Source of the DNA: a virus
IMG/VR virus record: IMGVR_UViG_3300018080_000110
Span: 85,225-149,224 of that record
Strand: one strand, 5' to 3'
Length of the DNA: 64,000 nucleotides
The notes under the pieces are model-generated. The model worked only from the letters and a program-made list of their open reading frames with translations, made no database searches and was not told where the DNA came from. Positions within the stretch are counted from its first letter, which is position 1, and each line of letters starts with the position of its first letter. Both the position numbers and the translations under genes were made by a program. This document shows, one piece after another, positions 1 to 9,303 of the stretch.

Positions 1-1
1 A

Positions 2-646
2 GGAGGTATCGGAGGAAAGATCGTATTCGGCGATGGAGACGTGAATGCAGATCTAGTGGTCATCGGCATAGGTCCCGGAGAGACGGAGGACGTGGACGGG
101 ATGCCCTTTGTTGGCGAGAGCGGAAAGATCTTGGATGATTATCTAGATCTAGTCTCTCTATCCAGGGAAGAGCTATTTGTCATGAACATCGTGGCCTGCA
201 GGCCGTTTAGCAACTCCATCGACTTCCGCACCAAGAAGCCCAGAGAAGAGAATAGGGACCCGACCCCAAAGGAAAGAGAGACCTGCAGGCCGTTGTGGCA
301 AGAGGTTCTTTACACGATAGACCCATTACTCGTCGTGGCGATGGGTAAACCCGTAGTGTCGGAGGTAGCGGGAAAAGGAACCGCCGCCATGCGTGAAGTG
401 CAGGGAAGCGTGATGACCTGCACGATACCAGGCAAGGCGGTTCCTGTGACCTATCCCGTGATCCCCATGTACCACCCAGCTTTTCTTTCGCGAAGTGGAG
501 ACCACTACGATGGAGGACCTTGGCATCAGGCAAAAGTTGGTTGGAGGAGAGCGGTGTACTTCCTAGATCAACTTCGAAACATCTATCACGGGACCCCCAT
601 GCCAGATAGGGGGTTCAAAGAGAAAGATCTATTCCTTGGAGGATAA
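2..646 (+). CDS. Uracil-DNA glycosylase family 4 (5'-truncated by window edge)
   Basis: Frame is open from base 2 (GGKIVFGDGDVNADLVVIGIGPG). Motifs PFVGESG, NIVACRP, NRDP..E...C and YHPAFL are typical of family-4 UDG. Confidence 0.88.
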   Translation, partial: GGIGGKIVFGDGDVNADLVVIGIGPGETEDVDGMPFVGESGKILDDYLDLVSLSREELFVMNIVACRPFSNSIDFRTKKPREENRDPTPKERETCRPLWQEVLYTIDPLLVVAMGKPVVSEVAGKGTAAMREVQGSVMTCTIPGKAVPVTYPVIPMYHPAFLSRSGDHYDGGPWHQAKVGWRRAVYFLDQLRNIYHGTPMPDRGFKEKDLFLGG

Positions 647-648
647 CA

Positions 649-1104
649 GTGAGGAAAAAACGGAGAGCAAGAACAGCTGAGGCGGCAGTAGAGAGGTTTG
701 AGGAAGCGAGCAGTGAACTAAGAGCCTTCGCAGAAGACAACTTCGAGTTCATGGACGAGCTACGTAGGTTGATCGAAGACTACAACGCGTCACTCAAAGA
801 GGCTACGGCGGCTCTGAAGAATCAGTTGAAGAACTCTGACAGAGACCGCTTGGTCATCGGGAGGTTTGGAGCGATCAAGAAGCGGAAGGAGTTCTGGGAC
901 GGGATGGAACTAGCCGGGCTAATCCCCGCGAGGATAAGCGAACACTTCTTGAAAGAGAGAGTTTCGTACGAAGTGGACGTCAACAAGTTAGAGCAAATGA
1001 TCAGGCAGGGGGAAGTAGATCGAGACGAGGCGTTTAAGGCTTTCCACCGCCAAGACCCAACCTTGTCTTTGATGCCCGGCGCACCGAAGGAGCTAAAGCT
1101 ATGA
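649..1104 (+). CDS. Hypothetical phage protein (helical N-terminus, VDVNKLEQMIRQG C-terminal motif)
   Basis: 151 aa ORF tightly packed in the operon; no family recognised with confidence. Confidence 0.7.
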   Translation: MRKKRRARTAEAAVERFEEASSELRAFAEDNFEFMDELRRLIEDYNASLKEATAALKNQLKNSDRDRLVIGRFGAIKKRKEFWDGMELAGLIPARISEHFLKERVSYEVDVNKLEQMIRQGEVDRDEAFKAFHRQDPTLSLMPGAPKELKL

Positions 1105-1481
1105 CAAGGAAGCCGCCGACCAGAAAAAAGCGTAAGGCTCCGTCCAAAGGAAAGGCTCAAGTCAAGCAGTCCACCACAGTCAGGAGGGGGTCTTCCAAAG
1201 GACCTGTTGTCCACCACGAGGACAAGATCGAAGCGGTAGATGTCCCCGTTGAGCCTGGACCAGAGTCTGTGAGCGTCGGGTACGACATCAAGTACTGGGC
1301 CTCAGATGTCAACCACGGCATGACCATGGGAACTTCCGCCTACGTCAGGTTGAGCTGTGGAGAAACACTGAAAGACCTAGATCGCGCCAACGAGATAGCG
1401 GCGGACTTGGCCTACAGCTACATGGAGAAGAACGCGCGAGCTGTCCAACGAGACTTGGACAAGTTCTTTGACGGAGACTGA
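1101..1481 (+). CDS. Hypothetical protein with basic N-terminal tail
   Basis: ATGA overlap with the upstream stop and an AAGGAG RBS. Confidence 0.7.
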   Translation: MTRKPPTRKKRKAPSKGKAQVKQSTTVRRGSSKGPVVHHEDKIEAVDVPVEPGPESVSVGYDIKYWASDVNHGMTMGTSAYVRLSCGETLKDLDRANEIAADLAYSYMEKNARAVQRDLDKFFDGD

Positions 1482-1482
1482 C

Positions 1483-1815
1483 ATGGCGAAAAAGATTTCC
1501 GGTAGTCCCACATTCGACACACTACAGCTCATGAAGTTGTTGGTGACGCGTGGACCTAGGTCGGATGAAGTAGAAGCTACCATTGCGTACGTCAGCTCAC
1601 AGACTCATGAGATGTTTGGGTCTGTACAGCTGGCGCTAGGAAACCTCAGCAAGCAGAGCAAAGAATTGCTCTCGAACTTGTACTCGTCGATAGAGGAAGA
1701 CGCCGCCGTCGCCATCTTCGGCGAGAGCAAGGAAGAAAAAGAGAAGGAGGGTATTCACAATGTCAAGGAGCCCGAGGGGATTGTTGCAGCAGCAGAGGAA
1801 GCTGATCAAATTTGA
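1483..1815 (+). CDS. Hypothetical protein
   Basis: ATG at 1483 follows a GGAG RBS and abuts the upstream stop. Confidence 0.65.
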   Translation: MAKKISGSPTFDTLQLMKLLVTRGPRSDEVEATIAYVSSQTHEMFGSVQLALGNLSKQSKELLSNLYSSIEEDAAVAIFGESKEEKEKEGIHNVKEPEGIVAAAEEADQI

Positions 1816-2896
1816 TGACCTAGTAGATCGCATCCACCGTCTCCACGATCAAAACTTCGAGGACAAGGTCGTGGACTTAGAGAACATCAACGTTGTCTCG
1901 GACGGCAATAAGAGCAGACCGGGCGTTTTCTTGGACGTCCCAGAGATCGGAAAGTTGTCTTTGACCGATTGGTCCAAAAAGCAACTTGGCTCTACTCTCG
2001 GCATCAAGTTCGACAAATGGTTCGACCCAGCTGTCATCAGCGCGGAAGAGATTCAGCAAGAGATCCAGCGGAGGTTCTCCAGGACGCATGAGGCAAGGAA
2101 GGTCAGAGCCCGGAGATTCGAGAAAGACGCGCCCGGGACAAAGCACGCTGACGGATACATCCGCGCGTTTCTTTCGCCCACATACGCTCCTATCGACGAC
2201 GTTAGGATCTTCGACCGCATGAACAAGAGGTTCCGCGGCCACATGAGCGACGTCAATTTCATGCAGAACCATCTCGGTTCGGATTTCTTCAGCGACCGTT
2301 CCAGCCATTACACGATGGTTGGCGAGCCCGTTAACATGGGAGCTATCGATCGCAAGCACTCCGACCCAAAGGTACGACATATCTACGACATCGCTGAGAT
2401 GGGAGGGGCATTGCCTGATAGCGACTGGGTCTACCAGGGATTCCATTTCCGCAACAGCGAAGTCGGGTACACTGCTGTCACTATCGACGCCTCCACGTTT
2501 CGTCTTGTGTGTCTGAACGGGATGATCGTAAAGGTCAACGACGGTCGCTTGCTGTATCGTGTCCACCGCTCTATCGACGACGACTCTATCGATTCTCTTC
2601 TGGATGGGGCTTTTCGGAAGATGCCAGCGGCATGGGAGAGAACCAGGAAACAGATGCAAGCCCTGAGAGGTCATGTCCTGGATGACCCGCAGGCAGAGAT
2701 CACGAAGTACCTGCACAACCAGAAAGCCACGAAAACTTTTCAAGAGGCGGTACTGGAAGCGTTCGCCGAGGAGCCTTTGCCGAATCGATACGGGATCATG
2801 CAAGCTCTGTCCCGAGCCTCCCATCGGGAGACCGACATGGACAAGCGTGCCGAGATCGAAGAGATGGCGGGCAACTACATGGCGCGATACGCCTAA
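1760..2896 (+). CDS. DUF932/DUF945-like phage protein
   Basis: Motifs RAFLSPTYAPIDD and GFHFRNSEVG...FRLVCLNGMI; AAGGAGG RBS. Confidence 0.75.
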   Translation: MSRSPRGLLQQQRKLIKFDDLVDRIHRLHDQNFEDKVVDLENINVVSDGNKSRPGVFLDVPEIGKLSLTDWSKKQLGSTLGIKFDKWFDPAVISAEEIQQEIQRRFSRTHEARKVRARRFEKDAPGTKHADGYIRAFLSPTYAPIDDVRIFDRMNKRFRGHMSDVNFMQNHLGSDFFSDRSSHYTMVGEPVNMGAIDRKHSDPKVRHIYDIAEMGGALPDSDWVYQGFHFRNSEVGYTAVTIDASTFRLVCLNGMIVKVNDGRLLYRVHRSIDDDSIDSLLDGAFRKMPAAWERTRKQMQALRGHVLDDPQAEITKYLHNQKATKTFQEAVLEAFAEEPLPNRYGIMQALSRASHRETDMDKRAEIEEMAGNYMARYA

Positions 2897-2921
2897 CCCG
2901 CAGAGAGGTCAGGAGGTAAAC

Positions 2922-3230
2922 GTGGTGAACCCCAATCGGAGACCCAAGCAACTGAGCTTGGGTCAAGTAGCGAGCGACCTGAAGGCGCTAAGAGAAGGAC
3001 ACGACAGACTCAAAGCGACAGTCGGGAAGTTGAAGGACATTCTCCAGACGCAAGACAACTGGCACGCACACGTTAGCCGCTGGATCGGTAAAGAAGTTTG
3101 CGTTTGGAGCGACGAAAAGCTGTATCTCGGTAAGCTAAAGTGGACTGACAGATACAATCTGGGCCTAGAGCTAGAGGACAATTTGGTCATCTTCAACAAG
3201 GGCCACATTTCCAGACTTCACCTTGCTTAG
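2922..3230 (+). CDS. Coiled-coil plus Hfq/Sm-like domain protein
   Basis: AGGAGG at 2911 then GTG at 2922. The C-terminal GKEVCVW...LGKLKWTDRYNLGL...VIFNKGHIS parallels Hfq Sm1/Sm2 (G.I..FD.F.ILL...MVYKHAIS). Confidence 0.6.
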   Translation: MVNPNRRPKQLSLGQVASDLKALREGHDRLKATVGKLKDILQTQDNWHAHVSRWIGKEVCVWSDEKLYLGKLKWTDRYNLGLELEDNLVIFNKGHISRLHLA

Positions 3231-3241
3231 GGGGGGCTTTG

Positions 3242-4732
3242 ATGTCGCTGAACATCGAGTACCAACTCCTATCCAAGATCATCGAGACTGGGGATCTAAA
3301 GACGGCTATCGAGGAAGGTGTCACCGAGGATACTTTCGGGGTCGTCGAGGCCCGGACTGTTTTCTCGTACCTCATAGATTACTTCCACGCCACCAAAACG
3401 CGAGGGGTAGTCCCAGAGATAGAAATCGTCGAAGAGCACTTCCCTACCGTGGATTTCCTCAGCCCTCCTGAGAGGTCCACGGTCAGGTCTTTGTGCGTGG
3501 AGATGAAGAAACAGTGGTTGAGGGGCAAGCTCGAAGAGATTGTGATCCAAGCCGAGACCACCTACGATGACGAACCCAACAAAACGCTGGCTAGGCTGAT
3601 ACAGGATGCCAAGACGCTGCAGGAGACTTCAGAGGACAGCAGAGACTTAGTCTTATCGGATAGCACCGAATCAATGAAGAACGAGTACCTGATGATGCAG
3701 GAAGCTCAAGGCGTCGTCGGAGTACCGTGGCCAATGGGGTGGGGATACCACGACCAAGAAGGCCGACCTAAGATCTTGAAGAAGACCGGAAGGCAGCATC
3801 ATCCTCTTAACGAACAATCGGGTGGTATGCGCAAAGGGGATTTCATTCTGCTTTACGGTCGGCCGAAGTCTATGAAGACATGGTGCTTGGTAGACATGGT
3901 CGTCGAGTGCTACTACCACCTCAACCAACGCGTTCTGGTGTTCAGCAAAGAGATGACACCAGAACAGCTTCGTTGGCGGATAGTAGGCAGGATGCTCCAG
4001 GTAGACTACACCTCGCTGAAGGCTGGGAACCTTCCCGAAGACCAAAGGGAGGAGTTCTTCGATCTGCTGGATAACCTGAAAGCAGAAGAAGAGCGCCTCA
4101 TGAAACGTGGCCAGAACAGGTCCATGTTGATCACCACGGGGTGGAAGAGCGGTACGGTGCAAAGTGGGCTCCAGAGTCTGGAGACCAAGATCCAGGAGTT
4201 TGAGCCTGACATCGTCATGGCCGACTCTGTTTACTTGATGAAGGTCTTAAAGAACAAAGAAGGCGCTTTTTGGCAGGATATGGCAGAGATCGCCTACGGC
4301 TTACACGAGATGGCGGTAGAGTACCAGGTACCCATTGTTGCTACGTCCCAGGCCAATCGTTCTGGTGAACAGACCAAAGGATCTACTCTCGCAGAGATTG
4401 CGTACGGAGACACCTTCGGTCAAGCCTGCGACTACGCCATCCGCGTTATCAAGACAGAGGACGATGATGGCTCCGTCTACCTATCATTGATCTTCGCTGG
4501 GGCCAGAGAGATCAAGATCCCCGGATTCAGGCTTTCCGTAGAAGTCGCGCAGAAGTTTCAGCTGGACAAGATGTTCGAGTCCCAGCGACAAATCATGGCA
4601 CAGTTCAAAGCAGAGGAGGAAGCGATAGCAGAAGAAGAGGCTCGCGCAGCCAGAGAGAAAAACAGAGAGATGAAAGAGAAGAAGCGTCGACTGAGAGTTG
4701 AGGACAGAGACGAAGAACAGCAGGGAGAGTAA
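3242..4732 (+). CDS. dnaB: DnaB-like replicative helicase
   Basis: SF4 helicase motifs: Walker A GRPKSMKT, FSKEMT, Walker B VMADSVYL, and SQANR. Confidence 0.9.
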   Translation: MSLNIEYQLLSKIIETGDLKTAIEEGVTEDTFGVVEARTVFSYLIDYFHATKTRGVVPEIEIVEEHFPTVDFLSPPERSTVRSLCVEMKKQWLRGKLEEIVIQAETTYDDEPNKTLARLIQDAKTLQETSEDSRDLVLSDSTESMKNEYLMMQEAQGVVGVPWPMGWGYHDQEGRPKILKKTGRQHHPLNEQSGGMRKGDFILLYGRPKSMKTWCLVDMVVECYYHLNQRVLVFSKEMTPEQLRWRIVGRMLQVDYTSLKAGNLPEDQREEFFDLLDNLKAEEERLMKRGQNRSMLITTGWKSGTVQSGLQSLETKIQEFEPDIVMADSVYLMKVLKNKEGAFWQDMAEIAYGLHEMAVEYQVPIVATSQANRSGEQTKGSTLAEIAYGDTFGQACDYAIRVIKTEDDDGSVYLSLIFAGAREIKIPGFRLSVEVAQKFQLDKMFESQRQIMAQFKAEEEAIAEEEARAAREKNREMKEKKRRLRVEDRDEEQQGE

Positions 4733-4734
4733 CA

Positions 4735-5733
4735 GTGCGTGTCCAGCAAGTAGTGGAGTCGCTAGCAGATCAATATCTTAAATGGTGGAGGCCTACCAGC
4801 GATGGCAAAAACATCTACGGCGCGTGCCCATTCCATCACGAGTCTACAGAAGGCGCGTTCTACATGTCCACAGAGACGGGCATGTTCATCTGTCACGCCT
4901 GCCAAGTTAGAGGCAGCCTACCGACCTTCCTTAAAGAGATAGGAGCTCCTAGCCGCACGCGGCAAGTCGTGATGGACCAAGTAGGCACGGAGCTGCTGCG
5001 CAAAGAGAAACCAAATCTAGCTCGCAAAGACCCATTCAAGAAGCACATGGCACTGGAGGAGAGCCTCCTAGGGATCTTTGACTTTTGCCCAACCGTCTTA
5101 TTGAAGGCCGGTTTCTCCAAAGCCGTCCTCAAGAAGCACGAGGTGGGTTTTGATCGAGAGTCCATGAGGATCATATTCCCAATCCGTAGCCATCTTGGTG
5201 TGCTGATGGGTTTAGCGGGAAGAACAGTGGTAGATGAGCGGCCACGCTACAAGATCTACAAGGAGGGAGATCTAGCTAGATTCTCTCCCAGGTACCGCGG
5301 TTACGACTTCCACAAGAAGAACTTCCTTTGGAACTTCCACAACGTCTACCCGGAAGCTCTACGTGAAGAGCAAACTCCGATATGCGTTGTAGAAGGGTAC
5401 AAGGCTGCGCTCTGGTTGATCCAACATGGATTCACTAGCACTGTAGCCATCATGGGCTCGTACTTGTCTGAGATGCAGCGTGCTTTACTACAGCGACTGT
5501 CATCAGACATATTCGTGCTTTTGGACAATACCGACTCAGCTAGAAAAGGAGTGCTGGACGCAGGAAAAAGATTGAGAAGAGGAAACAGAGTATTGGTTTG
5601 TGAGTATCCGAGGTACTGCAGCGGCGGAGAACAGCCCGACGACTTGATGGAAGAAGAGCTGGCCGCTGTGTTTGAAGAAGCAGTGATCTTTAACAAATGG
5701 AGAAGGAAGTATGAGCGTTCACGATCCGTCTAA
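4735..5733 (+). CDS. dnaG: DnaG-like DNA primase (CHC2 zinc finger + TOPRIM)
   Basis: CPFH...CHAC zinc finger, IIFPI...GR...PRY, VVEGY and LLDN TOPRIM motifs. Confidence 0.9.
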   Translation: MRVQQVVESLADQYLKWWRPTSDGKNIYGACPFHHESTEGAFYMSTETGMFICHACQVRGSLPTFLKEIGAPSRTRQVVMDQVGTELLRKEKPNLARKDPFKKHMALEESLLGIFDFCPTVLLKAGFSKAVLKKHEVGFDRESMRIIFPIRSHLGVLMGLAGRTVVDERPRYKIYKEGDLARFSPRYRGYDFHKKNFLWNFHNVYPEALREEQTPICVVEGYKAALWLIQHGFTSTVAIMGSYLSEMQRALLQRLSSDIFVLLDNTDSARKGVLDAGKRLRRGNRVLVCEYPRYCSGGEQPDDLMEEELAAVFEEAVIFNKWRRKYERSRSV

Positions 5734-6847
5734 GCACCATAGGAACTTCGCGAGGGACCTGCGTCGGAAAGCAGTAGCTCGTAGTAACCGACAAGGTCGA
5801 AGCGGTAAGCCTATGACGGTCTTTCGTTGGCTGAATAGGTTCAAACCGCCGGTCAACGACACCACTTGGGTCAGGCTCATCCCGGGCATCTACAAAGGAT
5901 TCGACGGAGACGATGTACCCTACTTTGACTACGTCGAGCATTACAACGCCACCGTGAGAAGCGGCACCATCTGCTCCAGGGTCTGGAGAGAAGGACCCGA
6001 CGGTAGTATGGAAGGTAGTGGCAAGTGCATCCCCTGCCATGCCATCGAAGAAGAGGGGGCCGATAACATCAGTTGGAGAAGGCTATCGGCGTTCTTGCTT
6101 TTGCATCTCGACTGGTACTACTTGATCCCCGCCACTGACGAAAATGGTAACGTCCTGACTTACCGAAAGGATAGCAAAAAGCACAAAGCCGGTGACGTGA
6201 TCTACAACCGTATCCACGAAGCCGAAGCCTTCAAGGAGTACGGTAGAGCTACGATCAGACGTGAGAAGTACGAAAAGGTCTGGGGGAACTTGATGCATTG
6301 GTCCCTCGGAACCAACCACCTTCTGGTTCTCTCTTCCATGATTGACAGTCTTGAAGATGAGTGCCGATGCGGCGGTGAGATCGAAACCCTTCTGTGGGAG
6401 TGCCCCGGATGCGGTAATGAGGTCTTCGACCTCACCAGCGACGATCTCGATTACACTCGTGGCGAGATCAACCAGCTTGTCTCGAAGAAGTACGAGTGTC
6501 CGCATTGCTCCAAACTGGTGTTCCTCGCACCCGTGACAGAATGCAGCAAGTGCAAAAACCCGGACCCGCTACAGATCTGGGACGTCGATCTGTGCGTTGG
6601 CCGCGAAGGGGAGGGAACTAGCAGCCAACTGATCATCCGCAAGCACAAGCATGTGGAGATCGACAAGCGTTGTAGGGACTTGATCCCTGACAGGCCTTTG
6701 CTTCAGCGTGTCTTTGCCGGTGACTCCTTGGAGTACCAAGCTAAGAGGATGCGCCTCGACAATCCTTGGGCCGAGGACGCGGCACGAAGAAATGTAGAGG
6801 ACTACGACGGTGACGAGGGCGAAGTAGAAGACGATATCCCATTCTAG
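5711..6847 (+). CDS. Single-stranded DNA-binding protein (gp32-like) with Cys-rich insertion
   Basis: Lies between primase and polymerase; VRLIPG, H...C...C..C, and acidic C-terminus ending DDIPF (SSB tip). Confidence 0.7.
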   Translation: MSVHDPSKHHRNFARDLRRKAVARSNRQGRSGKPMTVFRWLNRFKPPVNDTTWVRLIPGIYKGFDGDDVPYFDYVEHYNATVRSGTICSRVWREGPDGSMEGSGKCIPCHAIEEEGADNISWRRLSAFLLLHLDWYYLIPATDENGNVLTYRKDSKKHKAGDVIYNRIHEAEAFKEYGRATIRREKYEKVWGNLMHWSLGTNHLLVLSSMIDSLEDECRCGGEIETLLWECPGCGNEVFDLTSDDLDYTRGEINQLVSKKYECPHCSKLVFLAPVTECSKCKNPDPLQIWDVDLCVGREGEGTSSQLIIRKHKHVEIDKRCRDLIPDRPLLQRVFAGDSLEYQAKRMRLDNPWAEDAARRNVEDYDGDEGEVEDDIPF

Positions 6848-6903
6848 GGAACAGGGGAGTGGGGGGATCGAAAACGGTCCTCCACCCCCCACCAGGAGGA
6901 AAT

Positions 6904-8322
6904 ATGTGGCACAAACTCCCAGTGCCTGAATGGATCGACGACGAAGAGCGCATGCTGAAGTTGTGCAAAGAGATCAAGGACATTGGGTTTGCCGGGCTAG
7001 ATACAGAAACCACAGGCAAAGACGACTGGATGAAGGACTACGTACTGTTCTGGTCTCTGTCCACGGGGTCTAACAACAGGTACTGCTTGTCTCGCAGAAT
7101 GCTAGAGATCTTTGACAAAGAGCTAGCAGGGGATCCATGCATCACCTGGTACATGACCAACGCGAACTTCGATCGTTGTATGTTGCTGAACAGCGGAGTT
7201 CGTCATTTAGCTGGTCCTGTACACTGCACACTTGTCATGGACTGGATGCACGATGAAAATCGAGCTGGTCGGCACGGCCTGAAAAAGACAGCTTTGGACC
7301 ATCTTGGTCTCAACATGAACGAGTTCAAGAGCGTCTTCAAGAAGAGGAAGGGTGAGACCTACCAAGACACTCTCTTACGCATGATGGCACAAGAGCCAGA
7401 CAAGGCAATCGACTACGCCAGCATGGACGCATGGGCCTCTCGGGAGTTGCACGGATACCTGAAGAAGAAGCTCGAGGAAGAGATAGCTTGTACCGGTATC
7501 CCTCTATGGGATCTATACGAGCGAATCGAAGTTCCGTACAGCACCACTCTTTTGCACAACATGCGAAACGGTATATTGCTAGATCAAGGGTGGTTACATC
7601 ATATACGCGTACCCATCACGGAAAAGATGGAGGAGTGCCTCTTCAAGTTCAACAAGATGGCCGGGTACGAGGTAAACCTTAATTCGCCGAAGCAACTGGT
7701 GGAGCTTTTTGTCGACAAACTCGGAAAGAAGCCCCTGAAGTGGACAAGTGGCGGGAAGAGCGGCAACAAGCAGCCCTCCGTGGACGTCAATGTCTTGCAG
7801 ACTTGGGCAGACGAAGGAGATCCCTACGCGAAGTTGCTGATGGAGTTCCGCAAGCTTGAGAAGGTTAGAGGGACTTACGTAGACGGAATGCTAGCCCGAG
7901 TGGGATCTGATCTCCGTATCCACCCAATCATCAACCAACACATCGCTGTCACCGGACGACTGACTAGCTCGAACCCAAACCTTCAAAACATCCCAAGACC
8001 AGATGAGGACATCTGGGGCTTGCGTGGTGCTTTCATGCCCGGCACTGGCTACACGCTAGTCGCCATCGATTATCGTCAATTGGAAATGCGACTTCTGGCT
8101 CACATGTCCGGCGACAAGAACATGCGAGAGGTGATCAGGAAAGGATGGGACATCCACGCAGGAACCGCAGCATTGATGTACGAAGTACCTTACGAAGAGA
8201 TCCAAGAAGCTAAGTTCCTCAAGGGGTGGCTCAGCGAAGAAAAAGTAGACAGTAGCAGGTGGCCAGATTGGATCTCTGAGTTCATTGGATACCGACAAGA
8301 CGCCAAGGCCATTGGATTCGGT
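6904..8322 (+). CDS. polA: DNA polymerase family A, exon 1 (3'-5' exonuclease and N-part of polymerase domain)
   Basis: AGGAGG RBS and ATG at 6904. ExoI LDTET, ExoIII YASMD, TGRLTSSNPNLQNIP, motif A DYRQLEMRLLAH, and motif B start RQDAKAIGFG. Confidence 0.92.
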
Positions 8323-8620
8323 CAACATAGAGGCCGAAGTAAAACTCGCTCAAAACGGGGAAACCTAAGTGCGAATGCATAAGGCAATCCCGTGCTGCGT
8401 TGCCAAACGTAGTGTATCGACTTGTGGTCATGATCACATGACCCTCAATACGCTTCCCATGTCCATTGGGTTGGGTAGTCATTTCCCGCAAAGCGTGTTG
8501 ATACGGCGAGCGAAGCCTGTAGTATTCGGAATGTCATTGTGCATGATTGCACAGCGAACCTGCCGAATAGTACAGGCTCGAAGGTATAGTCAGTGCCCTT
8601 GGAAACAAGGGAATAGCACG
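8323..8620 (+). mobile_element. Group I intron (298 nt, no homing endonuclease ORF, IA-like) in polA motif B
   Basis: Exon ends in U and the intron ends in G. P1 TTCGGT/GCCGAA has a U-G pair at the splice site. Also P3 TCGCTC/GAGCGA, P4 ACGGG/CCCGT, P7 GACT/AGTC, P7.1, P7.2, P8 and P9 CCCTTG-GAAA-CAAGGG. Removal restores AKAIGFG-INYG in frame. Confidence 0.93.
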
Positions 8621-9241
8621 ATCAATTACGGAGAAGGAATTCCAGCCTTGGCCGAAAAGCTCGGTATCTCCAAGAGAGAAGCAGCAGCCAGAAAAGAGAA
8701 GTACTTTGAGCCGTACCCGCTGGTACGAGAGTTCATCGAGGAAACACACGAAAGGTGCCGTAGAGAATTAGAGGTCTCTACGATCTTGGGTCGTAAACGG
8801 AGACTCAAAGAAGCTGACGCTGACTGGAAGGAAGGATTCTATAGCAGGCGGTATAAGAGGTGGGTCCCAGAACGTCCAGGGAAGTTAGCTGCTAGAGCTC
8901 TTCGACAAGCAGTGAATGCGATCATTCAGGGTTCAGCAGCAGAGGTAGCACGCCTAGCGCAGATCTTGTGTGAGCCCAAGGTCATGCGCGAGATTGGTTT
9001 GCATGACGAGTTGTCCCAACGTATCGAACAAGTCGGTGCGCGGCAGCTTCTTCAGGTTCACGACGAAGTCTTGTTCGAGGTACCGACAGAGAACTTGAAA
9101 GAGGGCATAGAGGTTTTGTCTCGTTCAATGGAAGCGCCGTTCAGATACGTTCCAGAACTTTTGGGGATCGACTTCGATGAACTATCGATCCCGCTTGATG
9201 TGGACGCTGGTTACGGCGAAGCTTGGTCGGAAGCACATTGA
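8621..9241 (+). CDS. polA: DNA polymerase family A, exon 2
   Basis: INYG..., GRKRRL, AVNAIIQGSAA and motif C LLQVHDEVLFE; spliced product is 679 aa. Confidence 0.92.
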   Translation: MNYGEGIPALAEKLGISKREAAARKEKYFEPYPLVREFIEETHERCRRELEVSTILGRKRRLKEADADWKEGFYSRRYKRWVPERPGKLAARALRQAVNAIIQGSAAEVARLAQILCEPKVMREIGLHDELSQRIEQVGARQLLQVHDEVLFEVPTENLKEGIEVLSRSMEAPFRYVPELLGIDFDELSIPLDVDAGYGEAWSEAH

Positions 9242-9303
9242 TGAACAAACGCGACAAACCGATTGTGCTGCGCATCATTCCATTTCTGTTGAGGAGGAAG
9301 AAA

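Noticed and set aside
2673-2921. Extended N-terminus of the Hfq-like ORF
   Set aside because: It overlaps the upstream gene; the RBS at 2911 supports a start at 2922 or 2925.
8323-8620. polA as a frameshifted pseudogene, two genes or an intein
   Set aside because: The insert is 298 nt (not a multiple of 3), has full group I structure, and its removal restores motif B exactly.
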